NCBI GenBank assembly: GCA_963808235.1
Contig: CAWEEQ010000004.1
Coordinates: 1,664,001-1,728,000 of the forward strand
DNA length: 64,000 nt
Direction of reading: 5' to 3'
Source: an uncultured delta proteobacterium
GTDB lineage: Bacteria > Desulfobacterota > Binatia > Binatales > Binataceae
Numbering within the stretch: the first letter of the stretch is position 1; every line of letters starts with the position of its first letter. Made by a program: the position numbers and the translations under genes. Shown here in pieces: positions 1 to 9,190 of the stretch. The notes beneath the pieces are model-generated. The model did no database searches. It was not told the DNA's origin and was given only the letters and a program-made list of their open reading frames with translations.

Positions 1-1578
1 CTCCAGTGCCGCCGGTAGCGTAAAGAAAAACGTGCTGCCCTGTTCGGGTCTCGATTCAACCCAGATGCGTCCGCCGTGATGCTCGATGACCCGTTTGCAG
101 ACCGCCAGTCCGATTCCGGTGCCGGAAAATTTCTCACGGCCATGAAGTCGCTGAAACATCACGAAAATTCGATCGTGGAACTCAGGCGCCATTCCGATCC
201 CGTTGTCGCGCACCGAGAACATCCAGTTTTTGCCCTGCAGCTCGCATCCAATATGCACCTCGGGCGGTCGTCCATCGTGGAACTTGAGCGCGTTGCCGAC
301 CAGATTCTGGATGACCTCGCCCAGACGACTTTCGACTCCGATGACCGACGGCATCGGGTCATAAGTGACGATAGCGTGCGCGTCGTCGATAGCCAGCTTG
401 AGGACCTCGAGCACCCGTTCGACGACTTTAGCGAGGTCGACAACTGCGCTTTTGCCGTCACGGCCGGCGCGCGAGAATAGCAGCAGGTCGTTGATCAACT
501 GCTTCATCCGCACCGCGCCGTCAACCGCAAAATGAATGAATTCGTCGGCGTCGGCGTCGAGCTTGCCCTTGTAGCGCTGCTCGATAAGCTGGAGGTAGCT
601 TGCCACCATCCGTAGCGGCTCCTGCAAATCATGCGAGGCGACGTAAGCAAACTGTTCGAGTTCCGCGTTTGAGCGCGTGAGCTCCTCGGTCCGTGCGAGC
701 AAATCGTGTTCGGCGCGTTTACGATCCGTGATCTCGTAGCTGACGCTCGAAATTGCGACGACTTCTCCGCGCGGCCCGCGCATCGGCGCCCACGCCACTG
801 CCGCGTCTATCACGGTGCCGTCTTTGCGCCTGAACGTGGTCTCGAATTCTTCGGGGATACCACCGGCAGCCAACCTGGATATCAAGAGTGTGCAAGGTTC
901 CGGATCGCGCCCGGGTGGATCCAGGGTCCGGATACTCCGGCCGATCATTTCATTTGCCGAGTAACCGTAAAGCTTCTCAGCGCCGGGATTCCAGGTGAGT
1001 ACGATTTGATCGGCGCGCATCGTCCAGGATCCCCCGCCTGCGTAACGGGTGGCATCGATCAGCCCTGCGAGCTGGGCGCGGCTCTGTTCGGCGAGCTTGC
1101 GCTCGGTGATATCGCGCAGGAGCATCACGCTGCCGAGCAAGACGCCAGTTTCGTCGGTAAGCCGGCTCGAGGTCGCAGCGAGCACTCTCAGGGCTCCGCG
1201 CGCAGGCTGGTGCAGAACCATCTCGATTTCGCCTTTCGGCGGGTCATTCGCGAGCCGGGCAAACGGAGTCTGATCGTATGCGAGCGGTTCTCGCCCGGCC
1301 TCCTCCCATATGGAAGCCTTCCGCAGCCAATCCTCCCAGGCGATCGACTCGTCGAGCGCGAGTATTCTTCGCGCGGCGGGGTTGAGCATGGGAGTGGAAT
1401 CACCGGCGCGGATAATGATTACGCCCTCTACCATAGCGTCGAGGACCGACTGCAGAAGCGTGCTTTGCGCACGCAACACCGATTCAGAGCGAGCCAGCGC
1501 GTCGCGGGCGGATCCCGACGAGGCGGCGTCGTCAATCTTGATCGGCAGGTCGATTTTGATCGGCTGATCGTGGTCCAT
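1..1578 (-). CDS. PAS-PAS sensor histidine kinase (HisKA + HATPase_c), 3' end runs off the window
   Basis: Manual minus-strand translation (not in the ORF track because there is no stop in the window): MDHDQPIKID..., H-box AYVASHDLQEPLRMV, G2 box TGIGLAVCKRVIEHHGGRIWVES...GSTFFFTLP; two PAS-like segments. Confidence 0.9.
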   Translation of the reverse strand, partial: MDHDQPIKIDLPIKIDDAASSGSARDALARSESVLRAQSTLLQSVLDAMVEGVIIIRAGDSTPMLNPAARRILALDESIAWEDWLRKASIWEEAGREPLAYDQTPFARLANDPPKGEIEMVLHQPARGALRVLAATSSRLTDETGVLLGSVMLLRDITERKLAEQSRAQLAGLIDATRYAGGGSWTMRADQIVLTWNPGAEKLYGYSANEMIGRSIRTLDPPGRDPEPCTLLISRLAAGGIPEEFETTFRRKDGTVIDAAVAWAPMRGPRGEVVAISSVSYEITDRKRAEHDLLARTEELTRSNAELEQFAYVASHDLQEPLRMVASYLQLIEQRYKGKLDADADEFIHFAVDGAVRMKQLINDLLLFSRAGRDGKSAVVDLAKVVERVLEVLKLAIDDAHAIVTYDPMPSVIGVESRLGEVIQNLVGNALKFHDGRPPEVHIGCELQGKNWMFSVRDNGIGMAPEFHDRIFVMFQRLHGREKFSGTGIGLAVCKRVIEHHGGRIWVESRPEQGSTFFFTLPAALE

Positions 1579-1787
1579 CTGCAAAAGCCTTCTCGATCCG
1601 GTCTCCGTCTCGCCCCAGTCCGCGCGAGGCCGCCAGAAGAAGGCATCGCGCCTCCCGCACGATCAATCCAAGTTGTATGCCGCGCAACCGGCTGCTTCGG
1701 AATCGAGACCGCGGTCGCCAACGATTGGCCTTGGCCGCCAATCGCGAGCATGGACGAGCCGCCCGACACCTCAGGCAAGCGTCGGAG

Positions 1788-1844
1788 TGACATTTTTTTG
1801 TCAGCGAGTCGGAATCTTTCGGGCCGGGACTGAAATCTTTCGGG
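1788..1844. promoter_or_regulatory. Candidate regulator sites: TGACA-N6-TGTCA palindrome plus AATCTTTCGGG direct repeat with 21-bp period
   Basis: Palindrome 1788-1803; repeats at 1813-1823 and 1834-1844; about 210-270 bp upstream of the kinase start. Confidence 0.3.
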
Positions 1845-1881
1845 GAATGACGACGCGCTTTGACGCCGCTGAAGAGTCCAA

Positions 1882-2580
1882 TCACTTCGAGAGAATGAGA
1901 CTCATCTGTCCCGCGGCCTTGAGCAGGTCTGGAGAATCGTTGTCAACATTATTGACTTCGGGCGAGACCGGAGTGGCAATCAGCAGATCCGGCCCCGCAG
2001 GGACGAGCAGCCTTTTCAATGCCAGCGGATCGGGCGCGCGCGGATCCATCCAATCGTCGGCGTCGCGATCGGCGAGTATCACCGGCATCCGATCGTGATA
2101 ATTCCGAAGCAAGGAGTTCGCGGCCGTGGTCAGAATCGTGAAAGTCGTCTCCCACTGGCTCGGAGACGGCTGCCACGCCTCGTACATACCGGCGAACAGA
2201 ATCAAGTTATTGTCCTCGCGATGGAACCAGGTCGGCTGCCGCGCGGTCTTGGGTCCGGTCCATTCGAAGAATCCGTCGGCCGGCACGACGCATCGACGCT
2301 CCATGAACGCCTCGCGAAATGCGCGTCGCGTTTCCACCGTCTCGGAGCGCGCGTTGATATTCCTGCTCGCCTGGGACGCGTCTTCGGCCCACGAATTCAC
2401 CAGGCCCCAGCGCGCGGGAAGAACTTCGCGATTCTCAAATTTGATCCGCACCACGTAATGCATCTGTGTCGGCGCGACGTTGTAGCGCGGCCGATAATCG
2501 ACGAACGAATCGTTCGCGACACCGAGCTCCGCCGCCAACAAGTTTCCGTCGCGGCGCGTGATTGTGAAACGTCCGCACAT
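1882..2580 (-). CDS. SOS response-associated peptidase (SRAP/YedK/HMCES family)
   Basis: N-terminal MCGRF, RYNVAPT, INARSET, RRCVVPADGFFEW, HDRMPVIL. Confidence 0.95.
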   Translation of the reverse strand: MCGRFTITRRDGNLLAAELGVANDSFVDYRPRYNVAPTQMHYVVRIKFENREVLPARWGLVNSWAEDASQASRNINARSETVETRRAFREAFMERRCVVPADGFFEWTGPKTARQPTWFHREDNNLILFAGMYEAWQPSPSQWETTFTILTTAANSLLRNYHDRMPVILADRDADDWMDPRAPDPLALKRLLVPAGPDLLIATPVSPEVNNVDNDSPDLLKAAGQMSLILSK

Positions 2581-2628
2581 CGTTCAGATTTTACTCCACG
2601 GCTTGATCGTTATTAAAGGAAGCGCAAC

Positions 2629-3426
2629 ATGGCGGACCAAATCGTCTTGTACGAGACACGATATCCGGCGGCGATAATCACGCTCAACAATGCCGCGCAT
2701 CGAAACGCGCTCAGCTGCGCAATGATCGACGCCCTGATGGCCGCGATTCAGCGCGCCGAAGACGACCCGCGGGTGCGCGCATTGATCTTCACCGGCGTCG
2801 AACCGGCATTTTCAGCCGGGATGGATCTCGGCGAGCTGCGTGGAGTGCTCGACGAGCTCCGCGTCGACAACGCCGGCGCGGTGTGGGATGGCGCGCTGCG
2901 CGGCGAGGATCTGATCGAGCGCATCTACCGGCTCGGCAAGCCAACCATCGCGGCCGTCAACGGCGTCGCGGTCGGCAACGGCGCCGGCTTCCTGAGCGCG
3001 TGCGACATGGCCGTGGCCGCCGACGGCGCGCGAATCGGCTACACCGAAATGAAGCACGGCATCCAGGCCGGGATGGTGATCCTGCACCTGATGCGGCTGG
3101 TTGGCGAGCGCGTCGCGCGGTACCTGCTGCTCACCGGCGAACTCGTGAGTGCCGAGAAAGCCCGATCGCTCGGACTGATCAATGAGGTGGTACCAAGCGG
3201 GATGCTGATGGAAACCGCGCTCAAGTGGGCCGACGCGGTCGCGACCAACGCACCCAAGGCCGAAGCAATTACCAAGTCGCTACTATGTAGATTTTCAGGA
3301 CAGGCTATTGCAATGAGTATGACTGAGTATACCGCCGCGCCGCATATCACCGACGAATGCCGCTCCGGCCTCGAAGCATTCTTCGAAAAGAAGCCCGTCC
3401 CGTGGTCGGAAAGCAAGAAGAGCTGA
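2629..3426 (+). CDS. Enoyl-CoA hydratase/isomerase family (methylglutaconyl-CoA hydratase-like)
   Basis: FSAGMDL, KPTIAAVNGVAVG, LLLTGELVSAEKA crotonase motifs. Confidence 0.85.
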   Translation: MADQIVLYETRYPAAIITLNNAAHRNALSCAMIDALMAAIQRAEDDPRVRALIFTGVEPAFSAGMDLGELRGVLDELRVDNAGAVWDGALRGEDLIERIYRLGKPTIAAVNGVAVGNGAGFLSACDMAVAADGARIGYTEMKHGIQAGMVILHLMRLVGERVARYLLLTGELVSAEKARSLGLINEVVPSGMLMETALKWADAVATNAPKAEAITKSLLCRFSGQAIAMSMTEYTAAPHITDECRSGLEAFFEKKPVPWSESKKS

Positions 3427-3430
3427 TGGT

Positions 3431-5092
3431 CTAGCGCTGACCCGCCGATTCGGCCTGCTTCAGCACCCGTGTGATCAACTCCTGCGCCTCGGCCTGTATC
3501 TGATGCAGATGCTCGACGCCGCGAAAACTCTCGGCGTATATTTTGTAAACGTCCTCGGTGCCCGAGGGCCGCGCCGCAAACCATCCGCTCTGCGCAATCA
3601 CCTTGATTCCGCCGATCGCAGCGCCGTTGCCCGGCGCCTGGGTGATCGTGGCGATTATCTTTTCGCCCGCGAGTTCGCGCTCATTCAGTTGCTCTGGTGA
3701 AAGCTTACTGAGGATGGCCTTCTGCGCCGGCGATGCCGGTGCGTCGATCCGTTCGTACGCAGGAGTGCCGAACTGATGCGTCAGGTCGTCGTATAATTTT
3801 CCCGGGTCGGCGCCACGCGCGGTTGTCTCGGCCGCCAGCAGGCCCAGGATGAGTCCGTCCTTGTCGGTCGTCCAGACACTGCCTTCAGTGCGCAAAAATG
3901 ACGCGCCCGCACTCTCCTCGCCGGCGAATCCGACCGAGCCATCGACGAGGCCGTCCACGAACCACTTGAATCCAACCGGCGTATCGACAATTTTGCGTCC
4001 GAGGCTCGCCGCCACGCGCTCGATCATGGCACTGCTCACCACGGTCTTGCCGACCGCCGCGTCCTGACGCCATTTGGGGCGGTTTCGATACAGGTACGAA
4101 ATCGCGGCTGATAGATAATGATTCGGATTCATCAAGCCGGCCGAGCGAGTAACTATTCCGTGCCGATCGGCGTCGGTGTCGTTTGCAAATGAAACGTCGA
4201 AGCGATCGCGTATCGCGAGCAAGCGAGTCATCGCATACTGCGATGAGCAGTCCATCCGAATCTTTCCGTCGTAGTCGGCAGTCATGAAACGAAAAGTCGG
4301 ATCGACAACGTCGCTGACCACCGTCGCCGCAATCTTGTACTGGTCGATCACCGCCGGCCAGTAATGCACCGCGGCGCCGCCGAGCGGATCGATTCCGAGC
4401 TTCACGCCCGCAGTGCGAATCGCCTCCATGTCAACGACGTTGCCGAGATCGGCAACGTACGCGCTGATGTAATCGTGCTTGTGCAGCGTCGAGGCTGATT
4501 GCGCGCGCTCGTACGGAATTCGAAGCACGCCCTTGAGATCGCTCTTCAGAAATTCGTTGGCCGTGTTCTCGATCCATTTGGTGATCTCCGTGTCGGCGGG
4601 TCCCCCGTTGGACGGATTATATTTGAAGCCGCCATCTTCAGGCGGATTGTGCGAAGGCGTAATCACGATCCCATCGGCAAGTCCGCTCTTGCGCCCGCGA
4701 TTGTAGGTCAAGATCGCGTGCGAGATCGCGGGCGTCGGCGTGTAGCCGCCCGCGCTATCGATCATCGTCTCGACGTTGTTCGCAGCCAGCACTTCGAGCG
4801 CACTCGCGAACGCCGGCACCGAGAGCGCATGCGTATCCATCCCGAGATAGAGCGGCCCGTTGATATTGTGCTGGCGGCGGTAGAGACAGATCGCCTGACT
4901 TATCGCGACGATGTGCGCCTCGTTGAAGCTGAGCGTGAACGACGACCCGCGATGTCCCGACGTTCCGAACGCAACTCTCTGGGCCGGCACGGTGGGGTCG
5001 GGCCGTCCGCTGAAATACGCAGTGATCAATCGTGGCACGTCGACGAGTCGCGAAGGATCGACGGGTTTTCCGGCCAGCGGGCTTACTTTCAT
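3431..5092 (-). CDS. pgm: Phosphoglucomutase, alpha-D-glucose-1,6-bisphosphate-dependent
   Basis: MKVSPLAGKP start, FGTSGHRGSS, TPSHNPP, DTDADRH, GEESAG, RPSGTE; start trimmed from the longer ORF. Confidence 0.95.
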   Translation of the reverse strand: MKVSPLAGKPVDPSRLVDVPRLITAYFSGRPDPTVPAQRVAFGTSGHRGSSFTLSFNEAHIVAISQAICLYRRQHNINGPLYLGMDTHALSVPAFASALEVLAANNVETMIDSAGGYTPTPAISHAILTYNRGRKSGLADGIVITPSHNPPEDGGFKYNPSNGGPADTEITKWIENTANEFLKSDLKGVLRIPYERAQSASTLHKHDYISAYVADLGNVVDMEAIRTAGVKLGIDPLGGAAVHYWPAVIDQYKIAATVVSDVVDPTFRFMTADYDGKIRMDCSSQYAMTRLLAIRDRFDVSFANDTDADRHGIVTRSAGLMNPNHYLSAAISYLYRNRPKWRQDAAVGKTVVSSAMIERVAASLGRKIVDTPVGFKWFVDGLVDGSVGFAGEESAGASFLRTEGSVWTTDKDGLILGLLAAETTARGADPGKLYDDLTHQFGTPAYERIDAPASPAQKAILSKLSPEQLNERELAGEKIIATITQAPGNGAAIGGIKVIAQSGWFAARPSGTEDVYKIYAESFRGVEHLHQIQAEAQELITRVLKQAESAGQR

Positions 5093-5179
5093 CGCATTAC
5101 CTTTGTCGCACTTCCGATCATTTGTCGAAAGCCGCAAAAACGAGTCAGGATAACTCTCCCACGCAAGGAGGCCACCACT

Positions 5180-5683
5180 ATGGATGATAGCAAACTTCAG
5201 TTGCTGCTCGATCGCGCCGAAATAAGCGACGTACAGTTGCGCTACGCGACCGGTCTCGACTCGCGCGACTGGCCGCTCTTCCGATCGTGCTTCGCCGACG
5301 AGATCGAAACCGACTTCACCTCGGTCTTCGGCGGGGCGCCGCGCAAGACGACCGGCGACAAATGGGCCGAGGCCGCGCGGCGCACGATTGTCGGACTCGC
5401 CGCGACCCAGCACATGATCACCAATCACGTGATCACCGTGAACCACGAACGCGACTCCGCCACCTGCGTCGCTTACGTGCAGGCGCGTCACTTTCTACCC
5501 AACGACACCGGCGATAGCACCCAGACGATGTTCGGCTACTACACTAATGGATTCATCCGAGCGCCCGCCGGCTGGAAAATTCGCGCCTGCAAGCTGACGC
5601 TATGGTGGCAGACCGGCAACTCGAACATCTTCACGCTCGCACACGAGCGCATGAAAGCGGCCGAGTCCGAGAAGAAAAGTTAG
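5180..5683 (+). CDS. SnoaL-like / NTF2 family protein
   Basis: AAGGAGG RBS; LLDRAEISDVQLRYATGLDSRDW, TQHMITNH, GWKI pattern. Confidence 0.85.
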   Translation: MDDSKLQLLLDRAEISDVQLRYATGLDSRDWPLFRSCFADEIETDFTSVFGGAPRKTTGDKWAEAARRTIVGLAATQHMITNHVITVNHERDSATCVAYVQARHFLPNDTGDSTQTMFGYYTNGFIRAPAGWKIRACKLTLWWQTGNSNIFTLAHERMKAAESEKKS

Positions 5684-5716
5684 CGGGTTGCGAACTTTTG
5701 CGATGGAGGAGTCGAG

Positions 5717-6016
5717 ATGACGCCGAATCTGAGTCCGCTGATTGCGACGGGAGTCGTGTTCTCGACGGCGGCGACCGACGCAGTTTACGTCATGTTCAAC
5801 GCGGCTGTGACGGCGCGGCGGCCTTCGCGGGCGGCGTCGTGGAGCGCGCTATGGTACCTGCTCTCGGCGTTTGCGGTGATCAGTTATACAGGCAACTCCA
5901 TCTATGTAGTCTTCGCCGCGGCCGGCTCATGGATCGGGGCCTATCTTTCAGTGCGCTGGCTGGATCGGGCGGACGCAAACAGCGGCCATGCTGCAGTGGG
6001 AAACCCTCCGGTCTGA
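5717..6016 (+). CDS. Small hypothetical membrane protein (about 3 TM segments)
   Basis: GGAGGAG RBS; hydrophobic 99-aa ORF. Confidence 0.7.
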   Translation: MTPNLSPLIATGVVFSTAATDAVYVMFNAAVTARRPSRAASWSALWYLLSAFAVISYTGNSIYVVFAAAGSWIGAYLSVRWLDRADANSGHAAVGNPPV

Positions 6017-6079
6017 TCGCTGTCCCGACTCCGTCGCGGCAAGAATTTCCGAAGAGAATTTAGAAAGTTTGCGAACCGG

Positions 6080-7690
6080 CTATTTCGTGCTCGACGACGC
6101 CGGCGTCGAAGGAACCGCGAGCACCTGCGCGGCGGCGGAGTTGGCGCGCGCAAAGACCAGCGCGACGTTGTCGTTGTAGATCAGTTTCCAGCCCTGAACG
6201 CGCCTCATCAGCGGCGCGCTCCTCAAGCTCGGTGGAATCAAAACGAAGTCGTGCGGATATGCGTCGAGCACCGCGACCGCGCCCGCTCCGGCCGATTGAA
6301 ACAGCAGATAGTCGCTCAGAACTTCGCGCGGATAAACGGTATCGAAGCGCCCGTCGACGAACACCCGAAGGTCAGGTGCGCCGTGGAAGATCAGGTACCC
6401 GCCCCAGTTGTAGTAGCAGAGCACATTTCCCTTGAGCTTGTGCTCGAGCATGAAGTCGACCGCGTTGACCGGGAACGGCTCTGCAGGCTGTAGACGCGTA
6501 GCGAAAGATCCCGTCGCCCACAAAATTACTATCGCGCCGATCGCGGCACTCACTTCGCTAGCCCGCGATAGGCGTCGCGACGCAACCGATGCCCCAGCCG
6601 CAGACCTGCCGACCGCCGCCGAGCGAGCGCGAATCAGCGCCACATGATGCGCCAGCGGCACCACCGCGGTGATTGCGGCCAGCGGTACGTTTCGCAGCGA
6701 GTACGCCGCACTGACCGCCATCAGAATCGCGATCGCCACCAGCGCGAGATCGTCGGCCGACGGCGACATCGCGAACGCGAGCGCAACCCCTCCGCTCATC
6801 GCAACCACGCTCGCGTAGTAAATCAGCATCGCGGGCCGGTTCAAATTGACCGCAACTTGTTTGTAGAGCGGAAACCACTCGGTGATCGCGCTCCGCAACA
6901 GCGGATCGGTGAGCGCGTTGACGAGAAACTCCCAGATGAGAATTCCGTACGGAGTCGCAAGCGTCGCGAGCATCGCGCACGCGGTAATCGAGTAGAGTCT
7001 GAGCGCGCGATTCCATCCCCGCCCGGCAAGCAGGTCCTGCGCGCCGGCGATGGTCGCGTAGGTTGCCAGTACAAAGATTCCCAGCAGAAATGCGCCGTGC
7101 AGATTGGCCCATAACGCAAGCATCGGAATCGCCGGCCATAGCGGGCCCTTTCGGCGGTACGAATCACGCGCGAGCATCCACATCAGCGTCGCCGCAAATG
7201 CGAACGTGAACAGTTGCGGCCGAAACTGCATGTGCAGCGTGATCGCGATCGCGGCCACGATCAGTATTCCGAACTGCGCAAGCGGCGTCGCGCCGGTCTC
7301 GCCGGCCGCCATCGAGAGCATTGCGATTGTCACGGCTGCGCACGCGAGCTTCATCAGATGCAAACCGAAGACGCCGAGCAAATTGAATGCCGCCGCCATC
7401 ACAACGTCGCTCAACCATTCCTCGTTGAGCCAAAGATGACCCGGTGCGGAGTAGGAGTACGGATCGTAGCGGACCAGATGTCCGAGGCGCAGGATCTCCT
7501 GCCCCGACCGCAAGTGCCACCACAGGTCCGGATCGGCGTAATTTGCGGCGTTGGCCACCGCGATCACCAGCAACACCAGGGCCGGCGAGTAGGACAGCAG
7601 CGAGGTATGCTGCGGCGCTGACGCGGAGGCGTCCGGCGTCAATGCATTCGCATGCGACTTCCGCGATTTGCGCGCTCCCGCGATGCTCAT
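6080..7690 (-). CDS. Polytopic membrane protein, probable GT-C-fold glycosyltransferase-like
   Basis: More than 10 TM segments; DPDLWWHL first-loop acidic motif, RPQLFT, LWANLHG, WGGYL, VFVDGRFD. Confidence 0.7.
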   Translation of the reverse strand: MSIAGARKSRKSHANALTPDASASAPQHTSLLSYSPALVLLVIAVANAANYADPDLWWHLRSGQEILRLGHLVRYDPYSYSAPGHLWLNEEWLSDVVMAAAFNLLGVFGLHLMKLACAAVTIAMLSMAAGETGATPLAQFGILIVAAIAITLHMQFRPQLFTFAFAATLMWMLARDSYRRKGPLWPAIPMLALWANLHGAFLLGIFVLATYATIAGAQDLLAGRGWNRALRLYSITACAMLATLATPYGILIWEFLVNALTDPLLRSAITEWFPLYKQVAVNLNRPAMLIYYASVVAMSGGVALAFAMSPSADDLALVAIAILMAVSAAYSLRNVPLAAITAVVPLAHHVALIRARSAAVGRSAAGASVASRRLSRASEVSAAIGAIVILWATGSFATRLQPAEPFPVNAVDFMLEHKLKGNVLCYYNWGGYLIFHGAPDLRVFVDGRFDTVYPREVLSDYLLFQSAGAGAVAVLDAYPHDFVLIPPSLRSAPLMRRVQGWKLIYNDNVALVFARANSAAAQVLAVPSTPASSSTK

Positions 7691-7806
7691 ACGACCGTCG
7701 ATGAACTCTGCGGTATCGAATGAGCTTTCTCAATAGCCTGCTTCGATGCTAGTGACCCGAAAAGAGGCGCGCGTTACGCAGCGGCCCATAGAGAGAGGTT
7801 TCTCAA

Positions 7807-8259
7807 ATGCACGCATGCATCGCGGCCGGCGGCGGATTTCTGATCGCCGTGTTGTGGTTCGATCTTATGTTCGATGTGCAGACGCGAAAGCACGCCGGCG
7901 CCACGCTTCCAACCGAAGTGCTGGAATCAATCGCGGCCTACTACCGGCGCGTCACTATCGAAGCATGGCCGATGAACCGCCTGATCGCAGCAGTGATGCT
8001 TCTGACTGTGTTCGCGATCATCGTCGAAATTTTCCAGAATGCAGACGCCTGGTGGATCGGATGGATCTCGCTCGCCGCGGCCGCCGGCGCCATCGGCCTG
8101 GCCCGCGCCCGCACCGTCCCAAACGCAATGCAACTCGGCCGCGCCGCCGATTCAGCCAACGAGCAAACCCGCCTGGCCCGCGCAATCTACCGAGATCATC
8201 TCTACTGTCTCGCAGCTATTGTATTAATGGTGGGACTGCAGCTAACCACGCAGCATTAA
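7807..8259 (+). CDS. Hypothetical membrane protein
   Basis: GAGG RBS; 4 hydrophobic segments; GFLIAVLWFDLMFDVQ. Confidence 0.7.
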   Translation: MHACIAAGGGFLIAVLWFDLMFDVQTRKHAGATLPTEVLESIAAYYRRVTIEAWPMNRLIAAVMLLTVFAIIVEIFQNADAWWIGWISLAAAAGAIGLARARTVPNAMQLGRAADSANEQTRLARAIYRDHLYCLAAIVLMVGLQLTTQH

Positions 8260-8260
8260 C

Positions 8261-8336
8261 TGGAGCGGGTGATCGGTTTCGAACCGACGACCTCGTGCTT
8301 GGCAAGCACGCGCTCTACCAACTGAGCTACACCCGC
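8261..8336 (-). tRNA. tRNA-Gly(GCC)
   Basis: GCGGGTGTAGCTCAGTTGGTAGAGC...TTGCCAA...GGTTCGAAACC...CCCGCTCCA; 76 nt, directly downstream of pgsA. Confidence 0.97.
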
Positions 8337-8362
8337 TCTCCCACCGCCAGAACGAATCCCTT

Positions 8363-8391
8363 TCACTATCCGGCGCGGATGCGCCTGTCAA
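8363..8391 (-). promoter_or_regulatory. sigma70-type promoter of tRNA-Gly
   Basis: TTGACA-17 bp-TAGTGA; the -35 overlaps the pgsA stop codon. Confidence 0.6.
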
Positions 8392-8969
8392 ATCGCCGCT
8401 CTCTTGCCCGCCGCCGCCATCGGTTTCGGGCGCAACACTTTCAGCACCCGCACATAGTAGTCGATTCCCGACCACACCGTGACCGCCATCGCGATCCACA
8501 GGATGAACATCCCGGCCGCGAAAAAATCGACGTGAAAGTATGTGTAATGAATCAGCAGACCGTGTATCGCGATCGCCTGCAGCACCATCTTGTATTTGCC
8601 GAGCTCCTCGGCCGCCACGATCAGCCCCTCCGCGGCCGCCACCGCGCGCAGCCCGGTCACCAGAATTTCCCGCGACACCAGCACCACCACCATCCACGCC
8701 GGCACATGCGGCACCCGCGCCATCCCGGTCAGCATGATCAGCGCCGTCATTACGATCAGCTTGTCCGCCATCGGATCGAGGAATTTCCCGAGCGTGGTGA
8801 CCGAGTCGTAACTGCGCGCAAGGTATCCGTCAAAATAATCACTGACCGTCGCGACGAAGAACACGCCCGCTGCCGCCCACGACGCGGCCGGTCCTGTGTA
8901 CATCATGATCCAGATCAGGATCGGCGCGGTCGCGATCCGGAAAAGTGTGACGATATTTGGCGGCGTCAT
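8388..8969 (-). CDS. pgsA: CDP-diacylglycerol--glycerol-3-phosphate 3-phosphatidyltransferase
   Basis: PNIVTLFR, DYFDGYLAR...GKFLDPMADK, REILVTGLR. Confidence 0.95.
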   Translation of the reverse strand: MTPPNIVTLFRIATAPILIWIMMYTGPAASWAAAGVFFVATVSDYFDGYLARSYDSVTTLGKFLDPMADKLIVMTALIMLTGMARVPHVPAWMVVVLVSREILVTGLRAVAAAEGLIVAAEELGKYKMVLQAIAIHGLLIHYTYFHVDFFAAGMFILWIAMAVTVWSGIDYYVRVLKVLRPKPMAAAGKRAAI

Positions 8970-9122
8970 CGGCACGGACGTTGGCCTGCATCAACTCTAC
9001 GAAACTGCGCTGCGGAGGTTTCGTCATCGGGTGCGCTCCGCTCCGTCAAGATTATTTGAATCGCATAGAGGGAGCAATTCGCAGCCGTTCGAATTGCCTT
9101 GACTGGCCGCGCGCTGGTCGAG

Positions 9123-9141
9123 TAGCGTCAAATTGACACAA
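9123..9141. promoter_or_regulatory. Putative NrtR-type operator upstream of nadB
   Basis: TAGCGTC-AAATT-GACACAA imperfect palindrome with GT-N7-AC core, about 50 bp before nadB, overlapping a TTGACA. Confidence 0.55.
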
Positions 9142-9190
9142 CGCAATCCGTCTTTCGTCCAGATGAGAAGCGCGGAGCGTCGAAGGCCTG

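Noticed and set aside
706-1833. 375-aa plus-strand ORF
   Set aside because: Antisense shadow of the minus-strand histidine kinase, which has clear motifs; no recognisable domain
1882-2580. SRAP as a marker of a mutagenesis cassette or prophage
   Set aside because: No imuABC/umuDC, LexA box or phage genes are adjacent
4499-5491. Apparent long overlap of the pgm and SnoaL ORFs
   Set aside because: Artefact of upstream in-frame extension; the real starts at 5092 (-) and 5180 (+) are divergent and do not overlap
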